Origin: Cenarchaeum sp.
Lineage (GTDB): Archaea; Thermoproteota; Nitrososphaeria; Nitrososphaerales; Nitrosopumilaceae
DNA length: 64,000 nt
Assembly: GCA_965242695.1 (NCBI GenBank)
Contig: CBDESU010000001.1
Location: 896,001-960,000 of the forward strand
Reading direction: 5' to 3'
The notes beneath the pieces are model-generated. The model saw only the letters and a program-made list of their open reading frames with translations. It was not told the origin of the DNA and made no database searches. The position numbers and the translations under genes were made by a program. Shown here piece after piece: positions 28,254 to 39,700 of this stretch; within the stretch, counting starts at the first letter, position 1; each line of letters begins with the position of its first letter.

Positions 28254-29516
28254 CTACATCTGCCGCTGCCCGACCTCGCTGCGCAGCTGCTTTGTGACCG
28301 CCGTCTCGATATTCTCGAACACGGCGAGCATCTTCTTGCGGTTGTCCTCTAGGTACTCGGCGCCGTGGTCGCCGAGCCGGATCTTCCAGAGGCGTATCTC
28401 GCGGTGCTCCTCGAAGAACTGCTCGATCATGCGCCCGCCGTGCCGCTTGGGGTCGACGAGGTCGTCGAACCCCGCTCCTATGCGCTCTAGGTCGCCCTCC
28501 TCGATGGCCGCCTTCGTATCCTGGACGGTCTGGCCGAGCTCCTTTAGGCTGCGCACCTCGCCGGGCAGCCCCCTGCGGACCCTCTTGACGCCGAGCAGCC
28601 CGCGCTTTGTCGTGCCGACCCTGCGCGCGATATCCTCGGCAAGGTCGTACGTCGGGATGCGGTGCAGCCCCTCCCTCTTCTCGTGGCGGACGATCAGGCC
28701 CTTTTCGAGCAGCTTTTGGAGGGCGTCCTCGGCGTCGGCCCTGCTCAGGAACGTCGTCCATACGATGGCGCCGATCGTGTGGTAGCCCTGCCGGACGGAC
28801 TCTAGCACGACGACCTCTATTATGCGGCGGAACCCGTCCTCGACGCGGACGTTTGCAAAGTCGCGGTCCTTTACGGCCTTGCGGGCGTTCTTCACGTCGA
28901 TCTCGATGGACCTCTTGAGGGCCTCGATGGCCTCTGGGATCTGCATGAGCAGCGACAGGTAGCAGCCCCTGTTGTACCAGGCCATGCCGTAGTTGCGGTC
29001 AGAGTCGATCGCCTTCTCGGCGCAGTCCAGCGCCTTTGCGTAGTTCTTCTGCTCGTAGTGGACGAGCGACTTTAGGTTCCACGCCTCGGCGTTGGCCACG
29101 TCGATGTCGAGTATGCGGTCGTACACCCTGAGCGCGTCAGAGTGCTCGTTGAGGTGGAACCTTGCATAGCCGAGCTTTAGCAGCGTCTCGACGCTGCCGG
29201 GGTCGAGGCGGAGGGCCTGCTCGAAGGCGTGGGCGGCCTCCTCTAGCTTCTCGTCGGCCATGAGGTTGACGCCCTTCTTGAAGAGCTTTTTGCGCTGGTA
29301 GTCCGAGTCGGTCAGGACGGCGTCGGACCTGCGGCGGACGGCGGGGAGGTCCGGCGCCTTGCCGCCCTTGCCGCTGCCGGCGGCGCCGGGGGCGGGGGCG
29401 TCCGCGGGCGGGGCGCCGGGGGCAGGGGGGTCGCCCGCGGCTGGCTGGGCCGAGGAGGATGGGGGGGAAGAAGAAGGGCTGCCGCCCGAGGCCCTGCGCC
29501 CAAAGGGTCGCTTCAC
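28254..29516 (-). CDS. Tetratricopeptide-repeat protein with C-terminal wHTH-like region
   Basis: TPR units (EEAAHAFEQALRLDP, AEAWNLKSLVHYEQKNYAKAL, AWYNRGCYLSLL) and an AT-rich TATA region at ~29534-29545. Confidence 0.85.
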   Translation of the reverse strand: MKRPFGRRASGGSPSSSPPSSSAQPAAGDPPAPGAPPADAPAPGAAGSGKGGKAPDLPAVRRRSDAVLTDSDYQRKKLFKKGVNLMADEKLEEAAHAFEQALRLDPGSVETLLKLGYARFHLNEHSDALRVYDRILDIDVANAEAWNLKSLVHYEQKNYAKALDCAEKAIDSDRNYGMAWYNRGCYLSLLMQIPEAIEALKRSIEIDVKNARKAVKDRDFANVRVEDGFRRIIEVVVLESVRQGYHTIGAIVWTTFLSRADAEDALQKLLEKGLIVRHEKREGLHRIPTYDLAEDIARRVGTTKRGLLGVKRVRRGLPGEVRSLKELGQTVQDTKAAIEEGDLERIGAGFDDLVDPKRHGGRMIEQFFEEHREIRLWKIRLGDHGAEYLEDNRKKMLAVFENIETAVTKQLRSEVGQRQM

Positions 29517-29626
29517 GGGCCGGCAACGGCCCCTTTAGATAAATACCAACCGCGCGGCGCGCCCCCTCGGGACGGCGCAGGGGCGCCCATTAAAGGCAAA
29601 AATACAAGCGGGATGGCGCCGCGGGC

Positions 29627-31537
29627 GTGTCGGGTGAAGGCGGCAGAGCGGCCAGGCCGCGGATAAGGGTGCAGGGGGCGGCCCCGTTCGGCCAGCCCGG
29701 CGTGTACGAGGTCGTCATACACCTGGCCCGGGACAGGCCGACCGACGCCGAGATCGCCTCAAAGTCCATCCCGTCGCTGTGGAGCGGCAGCTTCCACCTG
29801 CGCGTGAGGGACGGCGCGTTTGACGAGATACTGGGGAGCGCCGACAACCCCATACCGGCCGAGGCGCTCGCGCTCAGGTCGGCGTGGGTGGTCGTGCTCG
29901 ACATGTTTTCTACCGTGCACTCGGCGTTCAGCATAGAGATCGGCGGCGGTGGGACGGAGGGCGCCGGAGGCGCAGCGGCTCCGCCCTCGCCGCCACCCCG
30001 GGCTGCGCCGCCGCCGCCGCCGGCCCGGCAGCCGTCCGCGCCATCGTCCGGCAGGGCTGCACCCGGGCGCTCTGGCCCCGCGGGCGAAAGGGGTCCGCGG
30101 GGGCCCGAGGGCCCGCCAGGCGAGGGCGGGCCGGCGGGCCCGCCCGGTGAAAAGGGGCCGCGCGGGCAGGCGGGGCCCGCAGGCGACAGGGGCCCGCCCG
30201 GCGCGCCCGGCGAAAAGGGCCCCGTCGGGCTGCCCGGCGACAGGGGGCAGCAGGGGCCGGCCGGCGAAAAGGGCCAGATCGGAGCGCCCGGCGAGCGCGG
30301 CGTGACCGGCGCGCCCGGAAGCCAGGGCGACAAGGGGCCGCCGGGCGCCAGGGGGCTGACGGGCGACAAGGGCGACAAGGGCGACAAGGGGCCTGCGGGC
30401 CCGCTGGGCGAAAAGGGCGAAAGGGGGCCTGCGGGCCCGCTGGGCGAGCGCGGGCCGGCGGGCCCCCGCGGACCTATAGGAGACAAGGGCGGCCAGGGGC
30501 CGACCGGCCCGCCAGGAGAAAAGGGACTGACCGGAGAGAGGGGGCCGGCCGGCGCAAAGGGCGAGACGGGACAGCAGGGGCCGCCGGGCGACAAGGGGAT
30601 TGGAGGGCCTCCGGGACCGTCGGGCCAAAAGGGACCGCTCGGTCCTCCGGGAGAGAGGGGCGTTGTCGGGCCAATCGGTGCGCAGGGGCCAAAGGGCCCG
30701 CAGGGACCGCCCGGCGAGGGCGGCATTACGGGGCCCATCGGGCCCGCAGGCGACAAGGGGATTACGGGACCGTCCGGCGAGCAGGGCCTGCAGGGGCCGC
30801 AGGGGCCGCCCGGCAAGGACGGCCCGCCGGGGGCGCCGGGCGAAAAGGGCGTGCAGGGCGCGCCCGGGGCGCAGGGCGAAAAGGGGCCGGTCGGAATACA
30901 GGGGGACAAGGGCGGCCAGGGGCCGCAGGGGCCGCAGGGCAAGCAGGGGCCGGTGGGGCCGCCGGGCGCGCCCGGCGACAAGGGGCCGACGGGGCCGCAG
31001 GGGCCGCAGGGCAAGCCAGGCGAGAACGGCCCGGTTGGCCCTCCGGGCGAGAGGGGGCCGCAGGGGCCGCAGGGCGAGTCTGGCGAAAAGGGCCTGACGG
31101 GCGTGCCCGGCCCGCAGGGCGAAAAGGGCGAAAAGGGCCCCGTCGGCCCGCAGGGCGAGAACGGCCCGCAGGGGCCCATCGGCCCGCAGGGCGAAAAGGG
31201 GCCGGTGGGCCCGCAGGGCCAGCAGGGCGAGAGGGGCCCGCAGGGGCAGCCCGGCGACAAGGGCCCGACGGGGCCGCAGGGCATACAGGGCCCGCAGGGC
31301 GAGAGGGGCCCGCAGGGACCGCAGGGACTCCCGGGCGAGCAGGGGCAGAGGGGCCCGCAGGGGACCATCGGCCCGCCCGGGCCGCGCGGCCCGCCGGGGC
31401 CGCCTGGCGAAAAGGGCAAGGCCGGCGGCATGACCGAGGAGCAAAAGGCGCTGTTCAAGGACCTCTTGGAGGTGCTAGTCTCGAAGAACCTGATCGCGAC
31501 CGAGGACCAGATACGGCTGATGAGCCACCTGTACTGA
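29627..31537 (+). CDS. Collagen-like protein
   Basis: Uninterrupted Gly-X-Y tract at 30074-31432 (151 triplets by length), with a globular N-terminal domain and a short helical C-terminus. Confidence 0.93.
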   Translation: MSGEGGRAARPRIRVQGAAPFGQPGVYEVVIHLARDRPTDAEIASKSIPSLWSGSFHLRVRDGAFDEILGSADNPIPAEALALRSAWVVVLDMFSTVHSAFSIEIGGGGTEGAGGAAAPPSPPPRAAPPPPPARQPSAPSSGRAAPGRSGPAGERGPRGPEGPPGEGGPAGPPGEKGPRGQAGPAGDRGPPGAPGEKGPVGLPGDRGQQGPAGEKGQIGAPGERGVTGAPGSQGDKGPPGARGLTGDKGDKGDKGPAGPLGEKGERGPAGPLGERGPAGPRGPIGDKGGQGPTGPPGEKGLTGERGPAGAKGETGQQGPPGDKGIGGPPGPSGQKGPLGPPGERGVVGPIGAQGPKGPQGPPGEGGITGPIGPAGDKGITGPSGEQGLQGPQGPPGKDGPPGAPGEKGVQGAPGAQGEKGPVGIQGDKGGQGPQGPQGKQGPVGPPGAPGDKGPTGPQGPQGKPGENGPVGPPGERGPQGPQGESGEKGLTGVPGPQGEKGEKGPVGPQGENGPQGPIGPQGEKGPVGPQGQQGERGPQGQPGDKGPTGPQGIQGPQGERGPQGPQGLPGEQGQRGPQGTIGPPGPRGPPGPPGEKGKAGGMTEEQKALFKDLLEVLVSKNLIATEDQIRLMSHLY

Positions 31538-31591
31538 CCGCGCACCGTACCCGCATGCTGTCCTTATATCGGAGCGGGCGCGCCGCCTCGC

Positions 31592-32533
31592 ATGGCACTG
31601 CGCCGCGCTTGGACGGGAGTGGCCGTGCTCGCGGCGGCGGCGGCGGCGGCCGCGGCGGTATTTGCCCTGCCCGCGCCAGAGCCCGCAGAGGCGGCATCGC
31701 ACCTCGCAGGAATGCGGCTTGACGGCCTGGCGGCCGGCGGCCACGCCGTCGCGCTCGAGTTTGCCGCGCAGCCCGAGGACGGCGCCGGAGGGGGCCCTGG
31801 GCAGCCCGGGATGCTGGCCCTCGCGGAGGGGCTCGTCAGGACAGAGTCGGGGCCGCTCGCGCTCGGCGGGGACGGCGCGCGCGTCATGGTGACAGGCGGC
31901 GGCACCATCGTAGTGCACTCGACGGACGGCCCCGCCGTCGTGTTTGCGGTTCCCGTCTGGACGGGGGGCGGTGATCCTGGCAGGTACAAGGTGACCGCGC
32001 ACGTGCCGCGCAGCGGCGCCGGAGGCGGGTTCGAGGTGGCCACGTTCGAGGCCACGCTCGGGCCGTCCGGCAGGAGCGGCGCGGACGGCGAAGGCGAGGG
32101 TGCGGCGCCGGCGCCTGCCGCTGCCGCCACCGGGGACAAGGGCGCAGATGCGGGCGGCAGATGCCCCGACGGCCTTGCCGTCGCCGTCACCATAACCGAG
32201 AGGGTGCAGTTCGGCGGCGCCCTGATCGTGCAGGGCAGGGTATACGACGCGGCCCTCAACGACAGGCCTGTCGTCGTCCCGCGCGGCCCGGGGGCCGTCC
32301 CGGACGTGCCCGTCCAGGTGACTATAACGGACAAGAGGACGGGCAAGGCGATCCTCGTCCAGGACGGCGAGGCCGACGAGTCGGGCCTGTTTCGCGCCGA
32401 GTACCGGTGGAGAAGCTCGGATCCCGCCGCCACGCTCGGCATTGTAATCAGCGTCGACGGCGGGCGCGCGATCGAGGAGCGGACGGCGTTCTACCTCGGG
32501 GATGCCGGCAACCGGGGCTCGCGGTCGGACTAG
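31592..32533 (+). CDS. Exported hypothetical protein
   Basis: Signal peptide MALRRAWTGVAVLAAAAAAAAAVFALPAPEPAEA followed by beta-rich domains. TTATAT lies upstream at ~31564. Confidence 0.7.
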   Translation: MALRRAWTGVAVLAAAAAAAAAVFALPAPEPAEAASHLAGMRLDGLAAGGHAVALEFAAQPEDGAGGGPGQPGMLALAEGLVRTESGPLALGGDGARVMVTGGGTIVVHSTDGPAVVFAVPVWTGGGDPGRYKVTAHVPRSGAGGGFEVATFEATLGPSGRSGADGEGEGAAPAPAAAATGDKGADAGGRCPDGLAVAVTITERVQFGGALIVQGRVYDAALNDRPVVVPRGPGAVPDVPVQVTITDKRTGKAILVQDGEADESGLFRAEYRWRSSDPAATLGIVISVDGGRAIEERTAFYLGDAGNRGSRSD

Positions 32534-32614
32534 CGGGCGGCATCCCGGCGCGGCATCCCAAAAGGATGCGCTGGCGCCGCCACAGTTTTACGCCGCGCCG
32601 CGGGCGCGGCGCGC

Positions 32615-33094
32615 ATGCCATCGGCCGAGTTCGAGGTTGCCATACGGGCCGGCAAGCAACATGCCTTTGACGTCGCGGCGGACCACGCGGGCCTGGCCGC
32701 ATCCCTGCCCGAGTACTTTGCGACTGTCCGCACGCGGTCGCGGCGGGGCGACGTGTCGGTGCTCGAGGAGCGCCTGCGGCTCGGCGGTATAGAGCTGCTC
32801 ATGATGGTGCGCCACACGTCCGAGCCGCCGGCCGTGCACGAGATGTCGGTGCTCGGCGGCGACGCAAAGGGGAGCCGCATCGTCGAGAGGTACGAGGACG
32901 CCGGCGAGTGCAGGACGCTGCTGCGCATCAGCGCCGACATACGGCTCGGCAGGCTCGGCGGCGCGGCCGCGGCCGTCGGGCTTGGCCGCGCGCGGCAGGT
33001 GATGGCCGGCCTGGGCAGCATGTACGATGCGGTGGCGGAGGTCGCCTCAAGGGGCGGGGAGCGCGGCGATGCACCCGCGGCCGGCGGCGGCTAG
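32615..33094 (+). CDS. SRPBCC/START-like (polyketide cyclase family) protein
   Basis: Pattern AFDVAADH..L...LPEYF.TVR...VLEE...VLGGDAKGSRIVERYE is typical of thaumarchaeal SRPBCC proteins. Confidence 0.7.
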   Translation: MPSAEFEVAIRAGKQHAFDVAADHAGLAASLPEYFATVRTRSRRGDVSVLEERLRLGGIELLMMVRHTSEPPAVHEMSVLGGDAKGSRIVERYEDAGECRTLLRISADIRLGRLGGAAAAVGLGRARQVMAGLGSMYDAVAEVASRGGERGDAPAAGGG

Positions 33095-33102
33095 CGGGGC
33101 GC

Positions 33103-33324
33103 CTACTTGCCCGGCTCGCCGGCGTCGCCGCCCGAGCCCTTGCCCTTTGTGTAGTCGCTCAGCTCCTTGTCGGCCTCGATCTTGCCCTTTTCGTACTCGC
33201 CCTTTGCCTTGCCGAACGTCTTTGCGAGCTCTGGTATCTTCTTGGCCCCGAACAGCAGTATGACGGCGACAATGATGACGAATATCCACTCCTGCCCCGC
33301 GATGAACGCGCCGAGACCTAGCAC
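33103..33324 (-). CDS. tatA: Twin-arginine translocase subunit TatA
   Basis: GQEWIFVIIVAVILLFGAKKIPELAKTFGKAKGEYEKG. GTG start at 33324 (73 aa) with TTAATA ~25 nt upstream. Confidence 0.93.
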   Translation of the reverse strand: MLGLGAFIAGQEWIFVIIVAVILLFGAKKIPELAKTFGKAKGEYEKGKIEADKELSDYTKGKGSGGDAGEPGK

Positions 33325-33487
33325 GATGCGGGCAAGCCGGGTTGTGATATTAAGTGTTGGGCGGGGCGTACCGTACTGGACAGCGCGCCGCTGGCGCCTG
33401 CGGCAATAGGCGCCCGCAGGCGTCAGAGCGAGCCTTGCACGGTGCGATGGCAGAGGGTGATCGGCCGAGGCGGCGGGCGCGGTGTAC

Positions 33488-33555
33488 TTAATAGGCGGCC
33501 CTTTGGCGGCAACCCGTATGTTGGCACCGTCGGCATATCCTTGCGGGGGGGGGGG
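33488..33555 (+). promoter_or_regulatory. TATA box, ATG 33518 and G11 homopolymer at the 5' end of the third giant gene
   Basis: TTAATA at 33488-33493, ATG at 33518 and G11 at 33545-33555. With G10 this ATG would be in frame with 33729..43913. Confidence 0.65.
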
Positions 33556-33728
33556 TAGCGAACTCCACCGCCGCGTCCGGCAATGTACCCCGCCTGCCGG
33601 CATCTGAGGGCATCCGCGATCGCGCGCATCGGCATGCCGGCGCGTCGGGCGCAGGGGCGGGGCGGCGCGAGCAGCATCCCCGTCTAGGGCGCCGCTGCAG
33701 GCTTGCCGGCGCCCTAGCACTGCATGCC

Positions 33729-36700
33729 TTGGCCGCTGTCCTAGTTGCCGCCTCTGCATCCTCCCCGCTCCTGTTCGATGCCGCCGATGCCCAGTCTTCC
33801 ACCATCGTCGCCCCGCCTGCCATCCTGACGCCTCCCTCTACCGTCGCCGTCGCGTCGCAGGCCGTCGACGGCACGGCCCCTCCAGGATCGTCCGTGTCGG
33901 TGCACCGCGGCGACTCTGCGATCGCCACCGTGCAGGCCGACGGTGTCAGCGGCTATTGGGTAGCGACGGTGGCCCTGGTCGAGGGTTCCAACCTGCTTAC
34001 CGCCGTTGCCGAGCTGTCCGGCACGTCGTCGGATCCGTCGGCGCCGGTGACCATCGTACTCGACACGACGCCGCCGGACGTCCCGGCCATCGGCAACGCG
34101 GGAGGCGAGACTGCGCCGTCCCGCATGCACGTCATACGCGGCACGGCAGAGCCAAGCGTGCTTGTCGAGGTGTTCGTCAACGGCACCTGGGCGCAGAGTG
34201 CGGTGTCCCGCTACGACACGGGCCAGTGGTTCATCAAAGTACTGCTTGCGGAGGGGACCAACACCGTCACGGCCAGGACGGTCGACGGCTTGGGCAACCC
34301 CTCTGCAATGTCGCCCGTGCTGTCCATAACTGCGCCGCAGGGCCAGCCGCCGGCCGAGTCGATTGAGGATCCGCCAAAGTCGACGAGCGTAATCCGCGAC
34401 AACACGGGCACCGTCGCGCTGACCAGCCCGTTCGCCGTGGCGGCGTTTGAGCACGGCGGCAGGGCGTACGCCGCCGCCGCCGCGGGAGGCGCCGCCGCCG
34501 TCCAGGTGATCGACTTTACGGACCCGAGCAGCCCAGAGGCGGCCGAACCGATCAAGGATGCAGACAGGAACCTGGGCCAGCCGCGCGACATCGAGATATT
34601 CACGGCGGCGAGCGGCGACCGCATTGCGGCGGTCGCATCGCACCGCCCGGGGGCGGTCGAGCTGATCGACATGAGCGACCCACTCATGCCCGAGTTCCTG
34701 GGCGCCGGGGCAGCCTACGGCGACAAAGACGAAGACGGCGCCGTCGAGTATCCCGGGCTGCTCGGCGCGCGCGACGCATCGGTCTTCTCCCTGACCAACG
34801 CGAGCAGCGGCGAGGTGCGCACCTACCTGATCGTGGCGTCCGACTACGGACGAACCGACCTGGATCCCGGAGGCTTTCAGATACTCGACATAACCACGCC
34901 GGCAGCGCCCGTGCCCGTCTCGTCAAAGAGCATGGCGACCAGGAACGAGAACGGCGACCACACTCTGGTGAGGCCCCTCTACGCCATACCGTGGATCGAC
35001 CCGGCCGGCTCGTACGCGCTGAACACGCACATGCCAAAGACCATTGCCACATACGACGCCGGCGGCGATCCGGTCGCGGCCGTCGAGGGCGTGGGCGGGC
35101 TACCGGGGTACGGCGGGCAGTCCTTTGACCTGCCGACGGAGGTCCTGCAGGACCAGGGCGGGGCGTGGGCGCTGAAAACCAACACGATAGTGCAGGTGAT
35201 GAACAGCACCAACCGCACGGTCAGCATGGCCAACAGCAGCGGCGCGGGGCCCGTGACGATCCACGACGCCGCCGACTGCCCGCCGCCCCCCGACCCGTCG
35301 CTGCCTGTGGCCGTGGTGTGCGGCGGCCAGAACGCGCTCGTCCTGGTCCACAACGCCGACACGCCGGGCGACAAGTCAGACGACTACGTGGCCGAGGTAT
35401 ATGCCGACGCCTTTTACGGGACCTACTCGTACCCCGTCGCAAAGCGCGTCGACGGCAGGCTACTCGCAGTCGGCCCGGACCTCGTGCCGTTCCCGCTGTC
35501 CGGCGTCGATGCCGCCAACGCCACGTTCAACGTCTTGGGCGGGGCCGGCTCGGTCGACACGTTCGCCGTCGGGGGCGGGGCGTATGCCATAGTCGCCGCA
35601 TCAGAGTCGGGCGGCGTGCAGATTGTCAACGTGACCGACCCGTACTCGCCCATGGTCGCAGCTGGCGTCCTTGACGGCGAGACGGATGCAAACTCTCGGG
35701 AATTTCGACTCGAGGGGGCCGCCGGCGTGCGGACATGGAACGCAAGCGGCCGCGTGTACGCGGCCGTGTCGTACGGCTCGCCGAACGGGCCGGCCGACGG
35801 CGTGCAGATCATCGACGTGACAGACCCCTCCGGCCCGACCGCCGTGTCGCGGGCGGTCGACGTTGCGGGCACGTCCCGCGACGAACTTTCTACGCTCGGC
35901 GGGGCCGCCGGCATCGAGGTGTTCGAGCGGGGCGGCCGGACGTACCTGCTCGTGGCGGCATCAGAGGACGACGGATTCCAGATCATCGACGTGACAGACC
36001 CCGCCAGCCCGGCCGAGGCCGACCGCGGCCGCGACGGCAGCCGGTGCTCGACCGCGGCGCGGTACAGCGCGCTCGGCGGGGCGGTAGCATCCGACACGCT
36101 GGCGATCGGCGGAGGACTGTACGCCGTAGTGGCGGCAGAGTCCGACGACGGCGTGCAGGTCGTCGACATTGCGGATCCCGACGGCATGGTCGCGCTCGGC
36201 ACCGCGTTCGACGAACGGGGAGGGTTTTCCGAGATGCACGACCCGATATCGGCCGAGGCAGTCGAGATCGACGGCCGGACGTACGTCCTCGTCGCATCCT
36301 TCCAGGACGACGAGGGGGGCTACGGGCACGGCGGCGGCGTGCAGATCATCGACGTGACCGATCCGTCCGACCCGAGGGCCGCGGCGGCCCTGCAGCCGTT
36401 CCGCCCATCGCAGTTCAAGCTGCTAGAGGGCGTGCGCTACATCGACACGTTTGTGGTCGGCGGCAGCACGTACGCCATTATCACGGCCGAGTCGCCGAAG
36501 GACCATACGCTGAGCCCGCCCGCCGACCAGGGGGCGTTCACAATCGCGGACATCTCGAACCCCACAAGGCCGCGGTTCATCGCAGGGGTGATCGACGGGC
36601 AGTCCGATGTGAACGGCGGCACGTTCGACATGCTCAACGCGCCGGCCGGCGTCGAGACGGCCGTGATAGACGGCCGCACGTACGCCGTCATTGCGGCCCG

Positions 36701-39700
36701 CGGGCCGCACGGCCAGGAGCACGGCGTGCAGATCGTAGACGTCTCGACGCCGGCCTCGCCCCTTGCGGTGGCCTCGATAAGGGACGGGGGGCCGGACGGG
36801 CACGGCGGGACATACAGCGCGCTGCGGAGGGCGCACGGGGTCGACATTGCGCAGATCGGCGAGGGATGGTACGCGCTAGTCGCATCGATAGCGGACGACG
36901 GCGTGCAGCTGATCAACATTACGGACCCGAGCTCGCCGAGGGTCGCCTCGAACATCACCGATGCGGTCGCGAGCACCAACCTCGACGGCGCGCGGAACCT
37001 GAGGGCGTTTGAAAAGGGCGGCAACTCGTACGCCATCGTGGTGTCCACGTTCGACGACGCGCTGCAGGTGCTCAACATTACGGATCCTGCGAGCCCCGTT
37101 CCGATCGACACCGTGACGGATCACTCGGGCGCGATAACAAGCGACCGGCACTTTACCGAGCTTGTCGCCCCGTACGACATCGACCTGTTCGAGCTTGGAG
37201 GCGACACGTACGCGGCCTCTACGTGCCAAAAGGACGGAGCCTGCCACGGCATGCAGATTACAAACATGAGCAACCCCGCCCAGATCACGGCCCCCACGGA
37301 GATATGGGACGAGGGCGGCGCCTCTGCCATCAATGGCGCCCGCGGCGTGGCAACGTTCGAGATCGACGGCTCGGTGCACGCCCTAGTCACGGGATACGGC
37401 GAGGATGCGGCAGAGGTGTTCCGGCTGACGAACTTTACGGACCCCGCCGCCCCGAGCGTCGTGAGGGCCGAGCTCGACAGGGGGCGCGGCATGCTGCACA
37501 TCGAGTTCAGCGAGAGGGTGAAGACGGGCAGCATGGAGTACAACCTGGGATCGATCACCGTCCGCGACGGATCCACGTCGGCGAGCGTCGGGCTGTCCGG
37601 CGCGCGGCTGGCCGGGCAGCTGGGCGGGCAGCTGGGCATCAAGACCGTCGAGATCGCGATGAACGGGACGCAGGCGGCGGATGTGCGGGGGTTCGAGTCG
37701 CCCCTGATCGACCTTGCGGCTGGCGCCTTTGCAGACCTTTCGGGCACCGACTCGGCTGCCGCCTCTGGCATCATTCCCGAGATCGTGACGAGCCGCCCCG
37801 AGCTCCTCGAGGCGGGCCTGAACCTTGGCACCGGCGAGCTGGTCCTGGCGTTCACCGAGGCCGTAGACTACGCCACGGCGAACCTCTCGCGCATCTCCGT
37901 CTATTCGGCCGGCGACGAACAGGTGCGGCACGGCCCCGTCGGGGTCGTCCCGGGCGACTCGGACTCGGCCGATCTCACGGTGCGGCTCGGCGAGGGCGCG
38001 CGCCAGGCCGTAATGGCCATTGCCGGCGTGCCGCTCGTCGACGTGCTCGACGGGGCCGTGAACAGCTCGGCATCGAACCTCCCGTCCGTGGGGTACCGCG
38101 GCTCGCCACTCGATCCCGTAATACGGGACAGGGTAGACCCCGTGCTGCTCTCGGCCCTGCTATCGGGCAGCGACCTGAGGCTGGTGTTCAACGAGAACGT
38201 AATTGCGACGCCCGACGCCGTCGACTTGGCCCTGATCTACGTGCGCGACCGCGCAGGGGAATCCGAGGTGTCGCTCAACGGATCGACGCTGCTGACGAAC
38301 GTGAACGGCACGGAGCTGCTGGTGCGCCTGACGGCGGCGCAGTCGGCCTCCGTGGCCTCGTACGGAGATCCCGTGGTCGACCTGCGGCTCGGCGGCCCCT
38401 ACAGCGCGGTGCAAGACGTGTCGGGCCAGGGCAGCGGGCCGGCCACCGTCCTGCTGGCCTCCTCTGACGGCTCGTTCCGGCCGACGTTCGAGGCGCGCGC
38501 CGTCTCGCCGAGCCAGATACGCGTCGAGTTCAGCACGGACGTCGCCGCCGATGCGAGCGACACGAGGGCGTGGCTGCTCGGCGGGCGCGACGCCGGCGTG
38601 CTGTCCGTTGCGAGCTATCCTGTGCCGTCGGGGCGATCCGCCCTCTTGACGCTGTCGGGCGCCCTGCCGAGCACCGCGCCGGTCCTCACGCTAGAGTACG
38701 TGCCGGGGCACGCCACCATTTCCGGCGCCGACAGCGGCCGCGAGCTGGCCGGCGCCGCCGTAGACGTCGCCGACGGCATACCGCCCGTGTTGCAGTCGGC
38801 CCGCATCGTCTCGGCCGACGCGATCGACGTAGAGTACAGCGAGCCGGTCGCGGGGGATCGCAATGCCTATTCGGCCCCGATGCTCGAGTCCGCCGGGGAC
38901 AGGACCGTCGCCGGGCTGGCCGACGGCGGCACGGCCGTTCACAGGATCACGCTCGGCGGCGACCCGGCGGCCACGGGCGACACGGGGACGATCGGGGTGG
39001 ACGAGACGGCGCTGGCCGACCTGGACGGCAACGCGCTCGGGACCAACTCGTCAAAGAGGGTGGAACTGGACGACGGCCAGGCGCCGGCGGTCGCATCGGC
39101 GCGCATCACGGGCAGCAACACCATCACCGTAGAGTACAGCGAGCCGGTCGTCCCAGCCACTTCAGCGTACATCGGACTCGAGCTTTCGCCCGGCGGCGTC
39201 CGCACGCCGACGGGCCCGCCGCCTGGGCACGCCGAGATGCTGCACGCAGTCACGTTCGATCCTGGCGCGGCGCCAAACGCCACGGGCACGCTGACGATAA
39301 ATCGGACCGTCCTGTTCGACGGGGCGGGCAACCGGATGGAGGGGGCGATGCCGCTCGTACAGGGCGTCTGGGACGGCCAGAGTCCGACGCTCGAGCGCTC
39401 TGCCTTTACGGGCCACAACAGCCTCACCCTCGGGTACAGCGAGCCCGTGGCGGCGCCGCTTGCCGCATACACGATGCTAATGATCGACGGCGATCCGGAC
39501 GGCAGGGAGATCGTGGACTTTGAGGGGAACTCGACGGATCGCCACGTGCTGGAATTCAACGGGGCGGCCGTTGCCCGGGGCGCGACCGGCAGCATGTCGA
39601 TAGACGCGGCCGCCGTGCTGGACCTGGCCGCGCCCGCCAAGAACGCGCTCGCCGGCATCGGCTCGGAGCCCGTGGGGATCGTCGACGACAGGGTGCTGTC

